NCBI GenBank assembly: GCA_965204755.1
Contig: OZ242011.1
Location: 3,296,001-3,360,000, forward strand
From: Candidatus Marinacidobacterium sp.
GTDB taxonomy: Bacteria > Acidobacteriota > Vicinamibacteria > Marinacidobacterales > Marinacidobacteraceae
Length of the DNA: 64,000 bases
Direction: 5' to 3'
The translations under genes were made by a program, and so were the position numbers. Below the pieces are notes generated by a model. It searched no databases and was not told the origin of the DNA. It worked only from the letters and a program-made list of their open reading frames with translations. Positions 10,115 through 19,236 of this stretch are shown here, piece by piece (positions within the stretch are counted from its first letter, which is position 1; each line of letters begins with the position of its first letter).

Positions 10115-11386
10115 GTGAAGCCCGCTCCCCCGCCGCCTGCCCGAGCCTCCCGCGAAGGCGCGGGCCGGGTCTCCAGACGATCCTTCCTCGGCGCGGTTCC
10201 CCCCGCGGTCTCCGCGGCCGCGGCGCTCGCCGCGCGGCCGGGCGCCGGGTCGCCGCTTCGGCCCGAGGCCCGGGGAACGGCGCAGACCGGGGGCGCGGTC
10301 GAGGGGAAGATCGGGCTGCGGGTGCTGAGCGAGCGTCCGGTGAACGCGGAGACGCCGATCGGGGATCTCGATCCCCCGGACACCCCGAACGACAAGCACT
10401 TCGTCCGCAACAACGGGACGCTGCCGGAGCGGGCGCTCTCCGGCAGCCTCGAGGGGTGGAGCCTCCTGGTGGACGGCGAAGTCGAGAACCCGCTCGAGTT
10501 GGGTTTCGACGACCTGACCTCCGGTTTTCCCGAAGTCACGCAGGCGCTCGTCCTCGAGTGCGCGGGGAACGGCCGCGCCGGTTTTCGCCCGGGCGCCTCC
10601 GGGAACCAGTGGCAGTTGGGCGCCGTCGGCTGCGCCCGGTACCGCGGCGTCCGGCTTCGGGATGTGCTCGAGGCGGCGGGTCTCCGGGACAGCGCGGTGT
10701 ATGTCGCGTACTACGGCGAGGACCCGGCGCTCAGCGGAAACCCGGACGAGGTCCCCATCTCGCGGGGCATACCGGTATCGAAGGCGCTCGACGAGTCCAC
10801 CCTGCTCGCGTGGGAGATGAACGGGGAACCGCTTCCGCCGCACCACGGGTTTCCCCTGCGCCTCGTCGCTCCGGGGTTTCCCGCTTCGGCGAGCGGCAAG
10901 TGGCTGCGCCGCCTCTGGGTGCGCGACCGGGTGCACGACGGACCGAAGATGACCGGCTATTCCTACCGGGTGCCGCGTTACCCGGTGGCCCCGGGCGCGG
11001 AAGTGCCGGTCGAGGACATGGAGATCATCCGGGAAATGCCGGTGAAGTCCCTCTTCACCCGGCCGGCGACCGGCGTCCGCCATTCGGTGGCCGGGCCGCT
11101 CGAAGCGCGCGGCTGGGCCTGGGCCGGCGACGGCGCGGTGGCGGCGATGCATGTGAGTTCCGACTTCGGCGCGACCTGGCGCGAATGCCGCTTGGAAGAG
11201 CCGGAGAACCCCTTCGCCTGGCAGCGTTTCGAGGCGTCGGTGTCGTTCGACATCACCGGGCACTACGAACTCTGGGCGCGGGCGACTTCCGAGAGCGGTC
11301 AGCAGCAGCCCATGGTGGTTCCGGGCTGGAACCCGCGCGGCTACCTCAACAACGCGATGCACCGCATCGCCGTAACCGTGATCTGA
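10115..11386 (+). CDS. sulfite oxidase family molybdoenzyme (SorA/SoxC-like), Tat-exported
   Basis: Tat motif SRRSFL, HFVRNNG, LECAGNGR, SRGIP, HGFPLRLVAPG, SGKWL, WNPRGYLNN. Confidence 0.9.
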   Translation: MKPAPPPPARASREGAGRVSRRSFLGAVPPAVSAAAALAARPGAGSPLRPEARGTAQTGGAVEGKIGLRVLSERPVNAETPIGDLDPPDTPNDKHFVRNNGTLPERALSGSLEGWSLLVDGEVENPLELGFDDLTSGFPEVTQALVLECAGNGRAGFRPGASGNQWQLGAVGCARYRGVRLRDVLEAAGLRDSAVYVAYYGEDPALSGNPDEVPISRGIPVSKALDESTLLAWEMNGEPLPPHHGFPLRLVAPGFPASASGKWLRRLWVRDRVHDGPKMTGYSYRVPRYPVAPGAEVPVEDMEIIREMPVKSLFTRPATGVRHSVAGPLEARGWAWAGDGAVAAMHVSSDFGATWRECRLEEPENPFAWQRFEASVSFDITGHYELWARATSESGQQQPMVVPGWNPRGYLNNAMHRIAVTVI

Positions 11387-11391
11387 CGACG

Positions 11392-11820
11392 ATGACGCGT
11401 TTCTTCTCGGTTTCCTTCGCGCCGCTGTTTTCCCTCGCCGTTTCGGCGGCGGCGTCCGCCGGCGAGCGCCAGTTCGGCCCGACGGACAACCTGGTCGATG
11501 CCGAGGGCGTGGAACTCGTGCGCGAGTACTGCCTCGCCTGCCACGACGACAGTTACATCGTCTCGATGAATGTCTCCCGCGAGGCTTGGGACGACACGCT
11601 GGTCCTCATGCTGGGAATGGGAATGCCCCCGCTCGACCCCGAGGTGCACGAGAAGGTGCTCGACTACCTGGAAGAAACCCAGGGCGCCGCGACTTCGGAA
11701 GAAGGGACGGACTCCGGGGCGCCCGGCGGCGCGCCCGACGCCGCCGACTTCGCCTCCCCGTGGGCGACCCCGGCGTACCACCCGAACCCCCTCGACTGGA
11801 ACCGCCCCCGCGGGCGGTAG
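11392..11820 (+). CDS. monoheme cytochrome c (SorB-like)
   Basis: signal peptide, CLACH heme motif, W..TL..M..MGM; directly follows the sulfite oxidase gene. Confidence 0.8.
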   Translation: MTRFFSVSFAPLFSLAVSAAASAGERQFGPTDNLVDAEGVELVREYCLACHDDSYIVSMNVSREAWDDTLVLMLGMGMPPLDPEVHEKVLDYLEETQGAATSEEGTDSGAPGGAPDAADFASPWATPAYHPNPLDWNRPRGR

Positions 11821-12098
11821 CCGCCGGCGAAACTGTCCAAATGGCGCCCGGGGCGCCAGCCGGGAAACTCGCCCCCGCCGGCGCGCCGCCGGACGGGCGC
11901 GCCGCGCCCCGGCCAACAGGCGCCGCCCGGAGATGTCGGCGCGCCGGAAACCGCTGTCGTCCCCGGGTTCCGCAGGAACGCGGTCTCGTCTTCAGCGGCC
12001 CGGGCCTGTCTGCTGAACGGCCTTGAACCGGATCTCCGCGACATTCCGATTTCCCGACCGCTATCGACCGACGACTCGATACCCGAGTGAGACGACTG

Positions 12099-13232
12099 AT
12101 GAAGATCACCAGCCTCCGCGCTCGAAACTACCGGAGCATTCGCGAGCAGACCTTCGATTTCGACGCGCTCAACATGTTCATCGGCGCGAACGCGTCCGGC
12201 AAGGGTACGATCCTCGACGCCCTGCGATTCTTGCGCGACGGACTGAAACGCGGCTTCGAGTCCGCCGTCGCGGTGCGCGGGGGGATGGCGCACCTGGCGT
12301 GGAAGGGCCGGCCGCTCCAGACCATCGAACTCGCCGTGTCGCTGACGGACGGGTCGAAGGAATACGAATGGAAGGTTCGTCTCGAACGCCGAGGCTACGA
12401 CTTTCTCGTGGAGGAGCGAGTGGATGCCATACTGACTGACGGGGCGCCGCCGACCAATTACCTGGAGTCGAAATCCGGTCTCGGTTGGTGGTGGTCAGGA
12501 GAGGAGAATCGCCGGGTCGAGATCGAACAGTCGGCGATGGCCTGCGCTCTGACGGCCGCTTCGGCGGATGCTTCCTTCCAAGGGCGGGAGATCGCCGATT
12601 TCGTTCGCCGCTGGGGCTTCTTCGACCCCAGCCCCTACCTCCTGCGTCATGACTCCGCGGGTTCGGGCCCCAACGGATTCGACCCCAACCGAGGCAATTT
12701 GGCGAAGACGCTCTACACCTTGCGAGAGTCGGCGCCGGAGGTGTTCGACCGGATCCTCCGCGCCACTCGTTCCGTTCCGGGTGTTCCGGGAGAGATCGAA
12801 CCACGCGAGAACGACGGCCGGTTCTACTTCGTCCAGAACGAACCCGGCCTCCGGTTCCCGGTCCATCAGATGGGAGCATCCAGTGGAACCCTGCGCCTCT
12901 TGGCGCTGATGGTGGCCCTCCATGCGTCGTCGGAGGCTCGCCTGATCGGCATGGAAGAACCGGAGAACTATCTCCATCCCGCGGCTCTCGAAGCGCTCGC
13001 GCAGCAGATTCTCGAGGCCGAGGATCGAGTTCAGTTCGTCGTAACGACACATTCGCCGCTCGTTCTGGACTGTCTCGACCGACCGGAAGATGTCAGCGTG
13101 GTCCATCGTAGCGAGACCGACGGTACCGTGGCCGTGCGCGAGACCGATGCGGATGGTGTCAGGAGAGCCCTCCGGGAGTCCGGCTTCGGACTGGGCGAGT
13201 ACTACGAGACCAAGGGGTTTGGTGGCGCCTGA
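12099..13232 (+). CDS. AAA_21 / ABC-type ATPase of the kind found in defence and TA pairs
   Basis: RARNYRSI, GANASGKGT, signature SSGTLR, EEPENYLHP, VTTHSP. Confidence 0.82.
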   Translation: MKITSLRARNYRSIREQTFDFDALNMFIGANASGKGTILDALRFLRDGLKRGFESAVAVRGGMAHLAWKGRPLQTIELAVSLTDGSKEYEWKVRLERRGYDFLVEERVDAILTDGAPPTNYLESKSGLGWWWSGEENRRVEIEQSAMACALTAASADASFQGREIADFVRRWGFFDPSPYLLRHDSAGSGPNGFDPNRGNLAKTLYTLRESAPEVFDRILRATRSVPGVPGEIEPRENDGRFYFVQNEPGLRFPVHQMGASSGTLRLLALMVALHASSEARLIGMEEPENYLHPAALEALAQQILEAEDRVQFVVTTHSPLVLDCLDRPEDVSVVHRSETDGTVAVRETDADGVRRALRESGFGLGEYYETKGFGGA

Positions 13233-13393
13233 CGGCGAGGAAACCCTCAAGGGTGTCGGCGGAGATCGCGAAGGGGCTCGATCCGGAGGTCATCGAACGG
13301 AAGAGTCCGAGTTTTCGCGGGTTTCTCGCCGCGGTGCGGAATGGAGGGTCTGTCTCCGGCGGCGGCGATCCGCGAGACTCGGACTCCGGGTAG
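13229..13393 (+). pseudogene. remnant of a DUF4276-like partner gene (C-terminus only)
   Basis: 54-aa frame overlapping the ATPase stop (CTGA) containing AEIAKGLDPEVIERKSPSFRGF, resembling DUF4276 C-termini. Confidence 0.5.
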
Positions 13394-13410
13394 GCCGCGA
13401 ACGGCGCGGG

Positions 13411-15159
13411 TCAGGCGGGGCCCTTGGGGCGGGAGAGGCGGCCGCCGGGGCCGAAGGCGGCTATGGATTCCTTGAGGGCGGCGGGGTCGGAGGGTTCGGG
13501 GTCGGGGCGGGGGCGGTCCGGCGTGCTTTCGAGTTGGAGGGTTCGGGCGGGGACGGCGAACTCGACGCCGAGTTCCTTGGCGAGGCGGAGGACTTCGAGC
13601 AGGAAGTTGTGGCGTTCGGTGAGTTCGCTGTTCCAGTCGGGCACCCGGAAGAAGCAGTACACCATCACATCCACCGAGGACTCGGAGAAGCGGTTCAGGT
13701 GGATTTCGTACACATCCTGGCGCATCGCCTCGTTCGCTTTGATGATCGCGCGGATGCCGTCCACGAAGGCGTGTACGCGGTCCGGGTCGGTGTCGTAGCG
13801 GAGCGGGAGCATCTGCCGCATCCGGCGGTAGGTGCGCTGTCCCATGTTGTCCACGATGGAGTTCACGATGCGGCTGTTCGGGACGCTGACCAGCGAGTCG
13901 TAGAAGGTGCGCACCCGGGTGGAGCGGAGCCCCACGCGCTCGACCGTGCCTTCGTGTTCGCCGACGAGGATCCAGTCGCCGACCTGGAACGGGCGGTCGG
14001 CGACGATCGCCAGCGACCCGATCACATTGGCGACCGTGTCCTGCGCGGCGAGTGCCACCGCGAGACCGCCGAGCCCGAGTCCGGCGATGAGCGTGGTGAT
14101 CGAATACCCGTGGTTCTGCGCCACCATCAGCAGCGCGGTGAGCAACGCGGTGACCCGCAGCACGGTGCGGGCCAGCGGGATCAGGTGGTCGTCTATCTGG
14201 GTCTGGGTATTCGCGGTGATCGACGACAACTTCTCGCAGAGCGCATCGATCAGCCGGTACGCCAGCCAGACCAGGATTCCCGCGAGCGCCAGGTCCACGA
14301 CCACGGCGACCCACTGGGCGACGCGCACCGGCAGCCGGAGGTCGGCGAAGAAGTAGTGGAAGACCCAGACGGTGGCGAACCACGACGCCGGCGGCGCCAT
14401 TCCGGCCAGCGTCTTCGCGGTGAAGTCCGCCCGTCGGTTTCCCACCTGCCGCAGGAACCGGGCGAACAGCGCGCGGAGCAACAGTTGCGCCGCCCAGGCC
14501 ACCAGCCCGAGCACCAGCAGGCCGACGACCTGCCACAGCGTGAAACCCAGGAAGGACCGATCGAAGACCGGCGGGAGGATTTCGAAGAGGCTGCGGGCGT
14601 ACCAGGAGAAGGTTTCTTCGTAGAGGGTGTCGATGCTCTGGATCGTGTGTTCGGAGATCCGCCAGCCGAGGTCGTCGCCCCGCGTCAGGACGAAATCGGG
14701 CATCCGTATCGGCAGCGGAGCGACGCGGTGTTGGCGGGTGATTTCGTCGCGGTGGTCGGGGTCGCTCGGGACGAGGTTCATCTCCACCCAGAGGCCTTGG
14801 GCGTTGATGACCGATCTCAGGCGCAATGCCAGGGCGCGCCGCTCGGCGTCGGGGACCTCGTCGTCGAAGTCGAGGGTGGCGGTGAGCCGCTCCCAGTCCG
14901 GCTCGGACTGGTTCAGTTCGTAGAAGTAGGCGTCGAGCGCCGTCCGGGCGCTGAGCAGGTGGGACGGCGGCGCCGGCGCGGCTTCTTCGGGTTGGGCCGG
15001 CGGTTGGCCGGCCGCGGCGAAGGCGGCGCCGGCGAGACCGAAGACCGCGGCGCCCCGGGCGAACATCCCGGCGAGTCGGGCGCCGGCAGCCGACCGCACG
15101 CCGGGGAGAAAGGACCTCGGGCGGCGGGTCTCGGCGGGTCGGAAAGTGGTCGGCATCAC
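13411..15159 (-). CDS. MscS family mechanosensitive channel
   Basis: LIAGLGLGGLAVALAAQDT, DRPFQVGDWI, GTVERVGLRSTRVRT, VPNS, LGVEFAVP. Confidence 0.92.
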   Translation of the reverse strand: MMPTTFRPAETRRPRSFLPGVRSAAGARLAGMFARGAAVFGLAGAAFAAAGQPPAQPEEAAPAPPSHLLSARTALDAYFYELNQSEPDWERLTATLDFDDEVPDAERRALALRLRSVINAQGLWVEMNLVPSDPDHRDEITRQHRVAPLPIRMPDFVLTRGDDLGWRISEHTIQSIDTLYEETFSWYARSLFEILPPVFDRSFLGFTLWQVVGLLVLGLVAWAAQLLLRALFARFLRQVGNRRADFTAKTLAGMAPPASWFATVWVFHYFFADLRLPVRVAQWVAVVVDLALAGILVWLAYRLIDALCEKLSSITANTQTQIDDHLIPLARTVLRVTALLTALLMVAQNHGYSITTLIAGLGLGGLAVALAAQDTVANVIGSLAIVADRPFQVGDWILVGEHEGTVERVGLRSTRVRTFYDSLVSVPNSRIVNSIVDNMGQRTYRRMRQMLPLRYDTDPDRVHAFVDGIRAIIKANEAMRQDVYEIHLNRFSESSVDVMVYCFFRVPDWNSELTERHNFLLEVLRLAKELGVEFAVPARTLQLESTPDRPRPDPEPSDPAALKESIAAFGPGGRLSRPKGPA

Positions 15160-15233
15160 GAAACCTCCGGCGGAAGGCGCGGGCGGGCGGCGCAGCGGCG
15201 TGGGAGGGGCCGCGAGGAAGCGGCGCGTCGGCG

Positions 15234-15307
15234 TACGCCTGGCAGGACTCGAACCTGCGACCTACGGATTAGGAATCCGTCGCTCTATCCGCCTGAGCTA
15301 CAGGCGC
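15234..15307 (-). tRNA. tRNA-Arg(CCT)
   Basis: GCGCCTG acceptor stem, TAGCTCAG D-arm, anticodon arm ACGGA-TTCCTAA-TCCGT, GGTTCGAGTCC T-arm; CCA not encoded. Confidence 0.95.
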
Positions 15308-15388
15308 CCCCGGAATGCCCCGCCGTCCGGCGGGCGTCCCCGTCGGCCGCCGGGCCGGGCCGAACCGGGGATGGTACCGCGTACCGAC

Positions 15389-15991
15389 CTACGGAAACCG
15401 CAGGACGGAGTGGATCGCCGGCGCCGCGCCGGCCTCCAGCCGTCCGCGCCCGCCGAGGCCCTCGAGTTCGATCAGGAACGAATACCCGGCGACCACGCCT
15501 CCCCGGCGGGAGACCAGCGCGGTCGCGGCGGCGGCGCTGCCGCCGGTGGCCAGCACATCGTCCACCACGAGGACGCGGGCGCCCGGCTCCACCGCGTCCA
15601 CATGCATCTCCAAGCGGCCGGCGCCGTATTCCAGCCGGTAGTCCTCCGCCACGGTGGCCGCCGGCAACTTGTCCGGCTTCCTCAGCAGGGCGAGGCCGGC
15701 GCCGAGCCGGAGCGCGAGCGGAGCGGCGAACAGGAAACCCCGGCTCTCGATGCTGGCCACCAGCGCGAGGTCGTCGTCGTCGAACGGCGCGGCCATCGCC
15801 TCGACCGCCGCGGCGAAAGCGCCGGCGTCCCGCAGGAGCGGCGTGATGTCCCGGAACAGCACGCCCGGTTGCGGGTAGTCCGGAACCGACCGGATCCGCT
15901 CGCGGAGGCTCGCCGTCCCGGTCTCCCCGGCCGGAAGAACCACCGCCGCCTCCCCCGAGGCCGCGGACTCAGACGACGATGCGGAACCCAT
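15389..15991 (-). CDS. apt: adenine phosphoribosyltransferase
   Basis: PDYPQPGVLFRDITPLL, IESRGFLF, YRLEYG, VVDDVLATGG. Confidence 0.95.
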   Translation of the reverse strand: MGSASSSESAASGEAAVVLPAGETGTASLRERIRSVPDYPQPGVLFRDITPLLRDAGAFAAAVEAMAAPFDDDDLALVASIESRGFLFAAPLALRLGAGLALLRKPDKLPAATVAEDYRLEYGAGRLEMHVDAVEPGARVLVVDDVLATGGSAAAATALVSRRGGVVAGYSFLIELEGLGGRGRLEAGAAPAIHSVLRFP

Positions 15992-16235
15992 CGCCGGCCG
16001 GCGCGGTCGAAAGCGCGTGGCGAGTCAGGCCGTCCACCCGGCCCGGCGTCCGCTCGGAGAGCGCCGCGCGGAATCGTTCGAGCGCTTCCCGGTCGGCCCG
16101 GGCCTCGATCTCCACCGCCCCGTCCTCCCGGTTCCGCACCGTCCCCGCGACGCCCAGGTCCCGGGCGAGGCTCATCGCCGACCAGCGGAAACCCACGCCC
16201 TGCACCCGCCCGGTCACGACGATCCGCTCCGCCAT
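15969..16235 (-). CDS. acyP: acylphosphatase
   Basis: VTGRVQGVGFR, GTVRNREDGAVEI. Confidence 0.9.
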   Translation of the reverse strand: MAERIVVTGRVQGVGFRWSAMSLARDLGVAGTVRNREDGAVEIEARADREALERFRAALSERTPGRVDGLTRHALSTAPAGDGFRIVV

Positions 16236-16341
16236 CCGGGTTTCCCCGGTTTTCCCCGTTTCCCCGGTCAAGCGCCGCCGGCCTCCGTCGGCTTCCGGGA
16301 CGGACACGAACGCGCGCGCCGAACCGACTGACCGACCCGGG

Positions 16342-17547
16342 TCAGTCGAGGGCGGCGAACCCCCGCTCCAGGTCCCGGAGCAGGTCCGCTTCGTCTTCCA
16401 CGCCCACGGAGAGCCGGACGAGCCCTCCGGTGATGCCCAGTTCCCGGCGCATCCCCTCCGGCATCGCGGCGTGGGTCATGGTCGCCGGATGGTTCGCCAA
16501 ACTCTCGACGCCGCCCAGACTCTCCGCGATGTGGAAGACCTCGAGGGCCTCCATGAACCGGCGCGCGCGCTCCGCTCCGCCGCTGCCGCCGCCGTGGAAC
16601 TCGAACGACACCATGCCCCCGAATCCGGACATCTGCCGGCGCGCGGTTTCGTGGCCGGGACGGTCGGGCAGCCCCGGATAGCGGACCGTCGCGACTTCCG
16701 GGCGCTCCTCGAGGAAACGCGCTGTCGCGAAGGCGTTCGACTGGTGGCTCTCCATCCGGAGCGCCAGCGTCTTGACGCTCCGCAGCAGCAACCACGACTC
16801 GAACGGCGAGAGCACCGCGCCGGCGGCGTTTTGCAGGAAGCGGAACCGGGCCAGCCGTTCCGGGTCGCGGTCCACCAGGATGCCGCCCACCCCGTCGCTG
16901 TGGCCGTTCAGGTACTTCGTCGAAGAGTGCACCACGATGTCCGCGCCGTGTTCGAGCGGCCGCTGGAAGTACGGCGACGCGAAGGTGTTGTCCACCACCA
17001 CGGCCGCGCCCACGCCGTGCGCCGCTTCCGAGAGCGCGGCGAGGTCGGCGATCCGCAGCATCGGGTTCGTCGGGGTCTCGACGAAGAGCAGCGCCGCGCC
17101 CCGGTCGAGTTCGCGCACGGTCGCGGCGGTGTCGGAAGTGTCCACCCAGGCGAAGTCCAGCCCCCGGCGGCGCAGCACCCGTTCGCCGAGCCGGTAGGTG
17201 CCCCCGTAACTGTCGCGGGTGGCCACCACCCGCTCTCCGCTGTCCACGATGTCGAGCGCCATCGCCGTCGCCGCCATCCCCGAGGCGCAGGCCACCGCCC
17301 CGGCGCCCCCTTCGAGGTCCGCCAGGTTCTTCTCGGCGGCGTTCCGGGTGGGGTTCCCGGTGCGGGAGTACTCGTACTCGCCGGGACGGCCCGGGGAGGG
17401 CTGGACGAAGGTGGCGGCGTTCACCAGCGGCGGCACGATGGCGCCGGTGCCCGGGTCCGGGTGCTGCCCCACATGGATCGCCCGGGTGGCGAACCCGCGT
17501 GGCGGAGGCGGCGCCGCCGGTTCCGTCTCGGCGGGCTTTTCGGGCAT
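16342..17547 (-). CDS. cystathionine gamma-synthase/lyase (PLP-dependent transsulfuration enzyme)
   Basis: YSRTGNPT, ETPTNP, VDNTF, HSSTKYLNGHSD, AESLGGVESL, RLSVGVED. Confidence 0.92.
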   Translation of the reverse strand: MPEKPAETEPAAPPPPRGFATRAIHVGQHPDPGTGAIVPPLVNAATFVQPSPGRPGEYEYSRTGNPTRNAAEKNLADLEGGAGAVACASGMAATAMALDIVDSGERVVATRDSYGGTYRLGERVLRRRGLDFAWVDTSDTAATVRELDRGAALLFVETPTNPMLRIADLAALSEAAHGVGAAVVVDNTFASPYFQRPLEHGADIVVHSSTKYLNGHSDGVGGILVDRDPERLARFRFLQNAAGAVLSPFESWLLLRSVKTLALRMESHQSNAFATARFLEERPEVATVRYPGLPDRPGHETARRQMSGFGGMVSFEFHGGGSGGAERARRFMEALEVFHIAESLGGVESLANHPATMTHAAMPEGMRRELGITGGLVRLSVGVEDEADLLRDLERGFAALD

Positions 17548-17740
17548 CGGGAGTCGGGGATTCGGGGGCGGGAGAGCGACCGCAGCGGCGGCGGCGCAAC
17601 CGATTCTACCGACGGTTCCCGTCCGCGAAACGCCCTCGCGTTCGGCCGAGGGCGGCCGGAACGGGAGGGGAAGCGCCGGCGGGGAAACCGCGATCGCCGG
17701 GCGCGGGCGGCGGTAAGATGACGGCCGAAAGCGAACGAGT

Positions 17741-18106
17741 GTGAGCCGATCGGGCGCCGGGCGGATCTACCGGGTCACCTTCCTGAACCAGGGGGAGGTG
17801 TACGAACTCTACGCGCGCTCGGTGGGGCAGGGCGCGATCTTCGGCTTCGTGGAGATCGCCGACCTGATCTTCACCCACACCGAGCAGAAGGTCATCGACC
17901 CCTCGCGCGAGCGGCTGGCCAAGGAGTTCGACGGGGTGCCGCGCACCTACATCCCGATGCACTCGGTGCTGCGGATCGACGAAGTGGAACGGGAGTCCGA
18001 AGCGCGGATCCTCCGGCGCAGCGACTCCGGCGGACGCAGCGAAGGCCGCACTCCCGATGTGCGCATCTTCCCGGCGCCGATCCCGATCCCGCCGATCCGC
18101 GACTGA
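17741..18106 (+). CDS. DUF1820 family protein
   Basis: IYRVTFLNQGEVYELYA, IDPSRERL, RTYIPMHSVLRIDEV. Confidence 0.82.
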   Translation: MSRSGAGRIYRVTFLNQGEVYELYARSVGQGAIFGFVEIADLIFTHTEQKVIDPSRERLAKEFDGVPRTYIPMHSVLRIDEVERESEARILRRSDSGGRSEGRTPDVRIFPAPIPIPPIRD

Positions 18107-18448
18107 CCCCCCCGACGCGCGGGCCGCGCGGGCCGCGCGCGTCGCCCACGCCCCGCCGGGGGTCGGCCATGAGCCGCCCGCGAGCCGGACCGTCCGGCGC
18201 CGGCTTCGTTCCCGTCTTCGGGTTCCTCGCGTCCGGGGCCTCGTCAGCGGCGGGCGTCCTGCCCGGCGCCGGGCCGCAGGCAGGCGCGGAGGACGCCGAG
18301 GCGATGGGCGACGCGTTCGCGGGGTTCAACCGGCCGGACCGCCCGGGTTGCGCCGCGGGAGCGCTCCGGGGCGGCGAGTTCGTCTTCCGGGGCGCCTACG
18401 CGAAGGCGACCTCGACCGCGGGATCCCGCTCGACGCCGATTCGGGCCG

Positions 18449-19183
18449 TTACCCGGGCTTGACCGCGGAGAACGCGGCGAGCGGCGGGTCGTTTCGGAGC
18501 AGGTCGTCCCAGAACGGGTCGTCCTTCGATTCCTCGGGCGCCGTGAGGCCGCTCCAGCGGAAGTCCCGGAAACCGGCTTCGCGGAAGGCGTCCGCGTAGG
18601 TCTCCGGCTTCAGGTAGAAGTTGCGGAACTCGAACGGTTCCCCGCCCGGCCCGAGGAACCGATAGACGATGGGCTCCCCTTCTTCGGGGTCGGGACGGCA
18701 GGTCTTCCAGAACCCGTACTTCTCGTAGGAGACTTCCCCCCGCGGCGGGTTCGCGATGTTGTCGTTCACGCCCAGGAAACGCCCGCCGGGACGGCAGGCG
18801 GCGTAGCAGACGCGAACGAACCGCCGGAGTTGCTCCGCGTCCTGCGCGTAGTTCAGCAGGAACATCGCGACGACGGTGTCCGCGACCTCGCTCCCTTCGT
18901 AGTCGGCGGCGTCGCGGCAGAGATAGCGGCAGCCGAGCGGCTCGCTCCGCTCCGATTCCTCGGCGAGCCGGATCATCTCGGAGGAGAGGTCCACCCCGGT
19001 CACCGAAGCGGCGCCGGCGCGCTTCATGAGCCGGCTGTAGTGGCCCTCGCCGCAGGCGAGGTCGAGGATGTCCCGCCCGCGGATGTCCCCCAGGATCGCG
19101 AAGAGCGTGTGCCCTTCCACCCGCCGGAACGGGAGGTCCTTCGACTCCCGGTAGGCGTCGGCGATGGCGTCGTATTCGGCCAT
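18449..19183 (-). CDS. class I SAM-dependent methyltransferase
   Basis: ILDLACGEG, VTGVDLSSEMI, FLLNYA; start set at ATG 19183. Confidence 0.85.
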   Translation of the reverse strand: MAEYDAIADAYRESKDLPFRRVEGHTLFAILGDIRGRDILDLACGEGHYSRLMKRAGAASVTGVDLSSEMIRLAEESERSEPLGCRYLCRDAADYEGSEVADTVVAMFLLNYAQDAEQLRRFVRVCYAACRPGGRFLGVNDNIANPPRGEVSYEKYGFWKTCRPDPEEGEPIVYRFLGPGGEPFEFRNFYLKPETYADAFREAGFRDFRWSGLTAPEESKDDPFWDDLLRNDPPLAAFSAVKPG

Positions 19184-19236
19184 GAGTCGGTTCCTTTCGT
19201 CGGTGTTCGGGTCGGTGTTTCGCCGCGCGGCGGAGG

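Noticed and set aside
15234-15307. tRNA-Arg as an integration site
   Set aside because: Flanked by housekeeping genes; no duplicated tRNA 3' end or integrase seen.
18169-18462. 97-aa ORF between DUF1820 and the methyltransferase
   Set aside because: No recognisable motif, Ala/Gly-rich, overlaps the convergent gene end; insufficient support.
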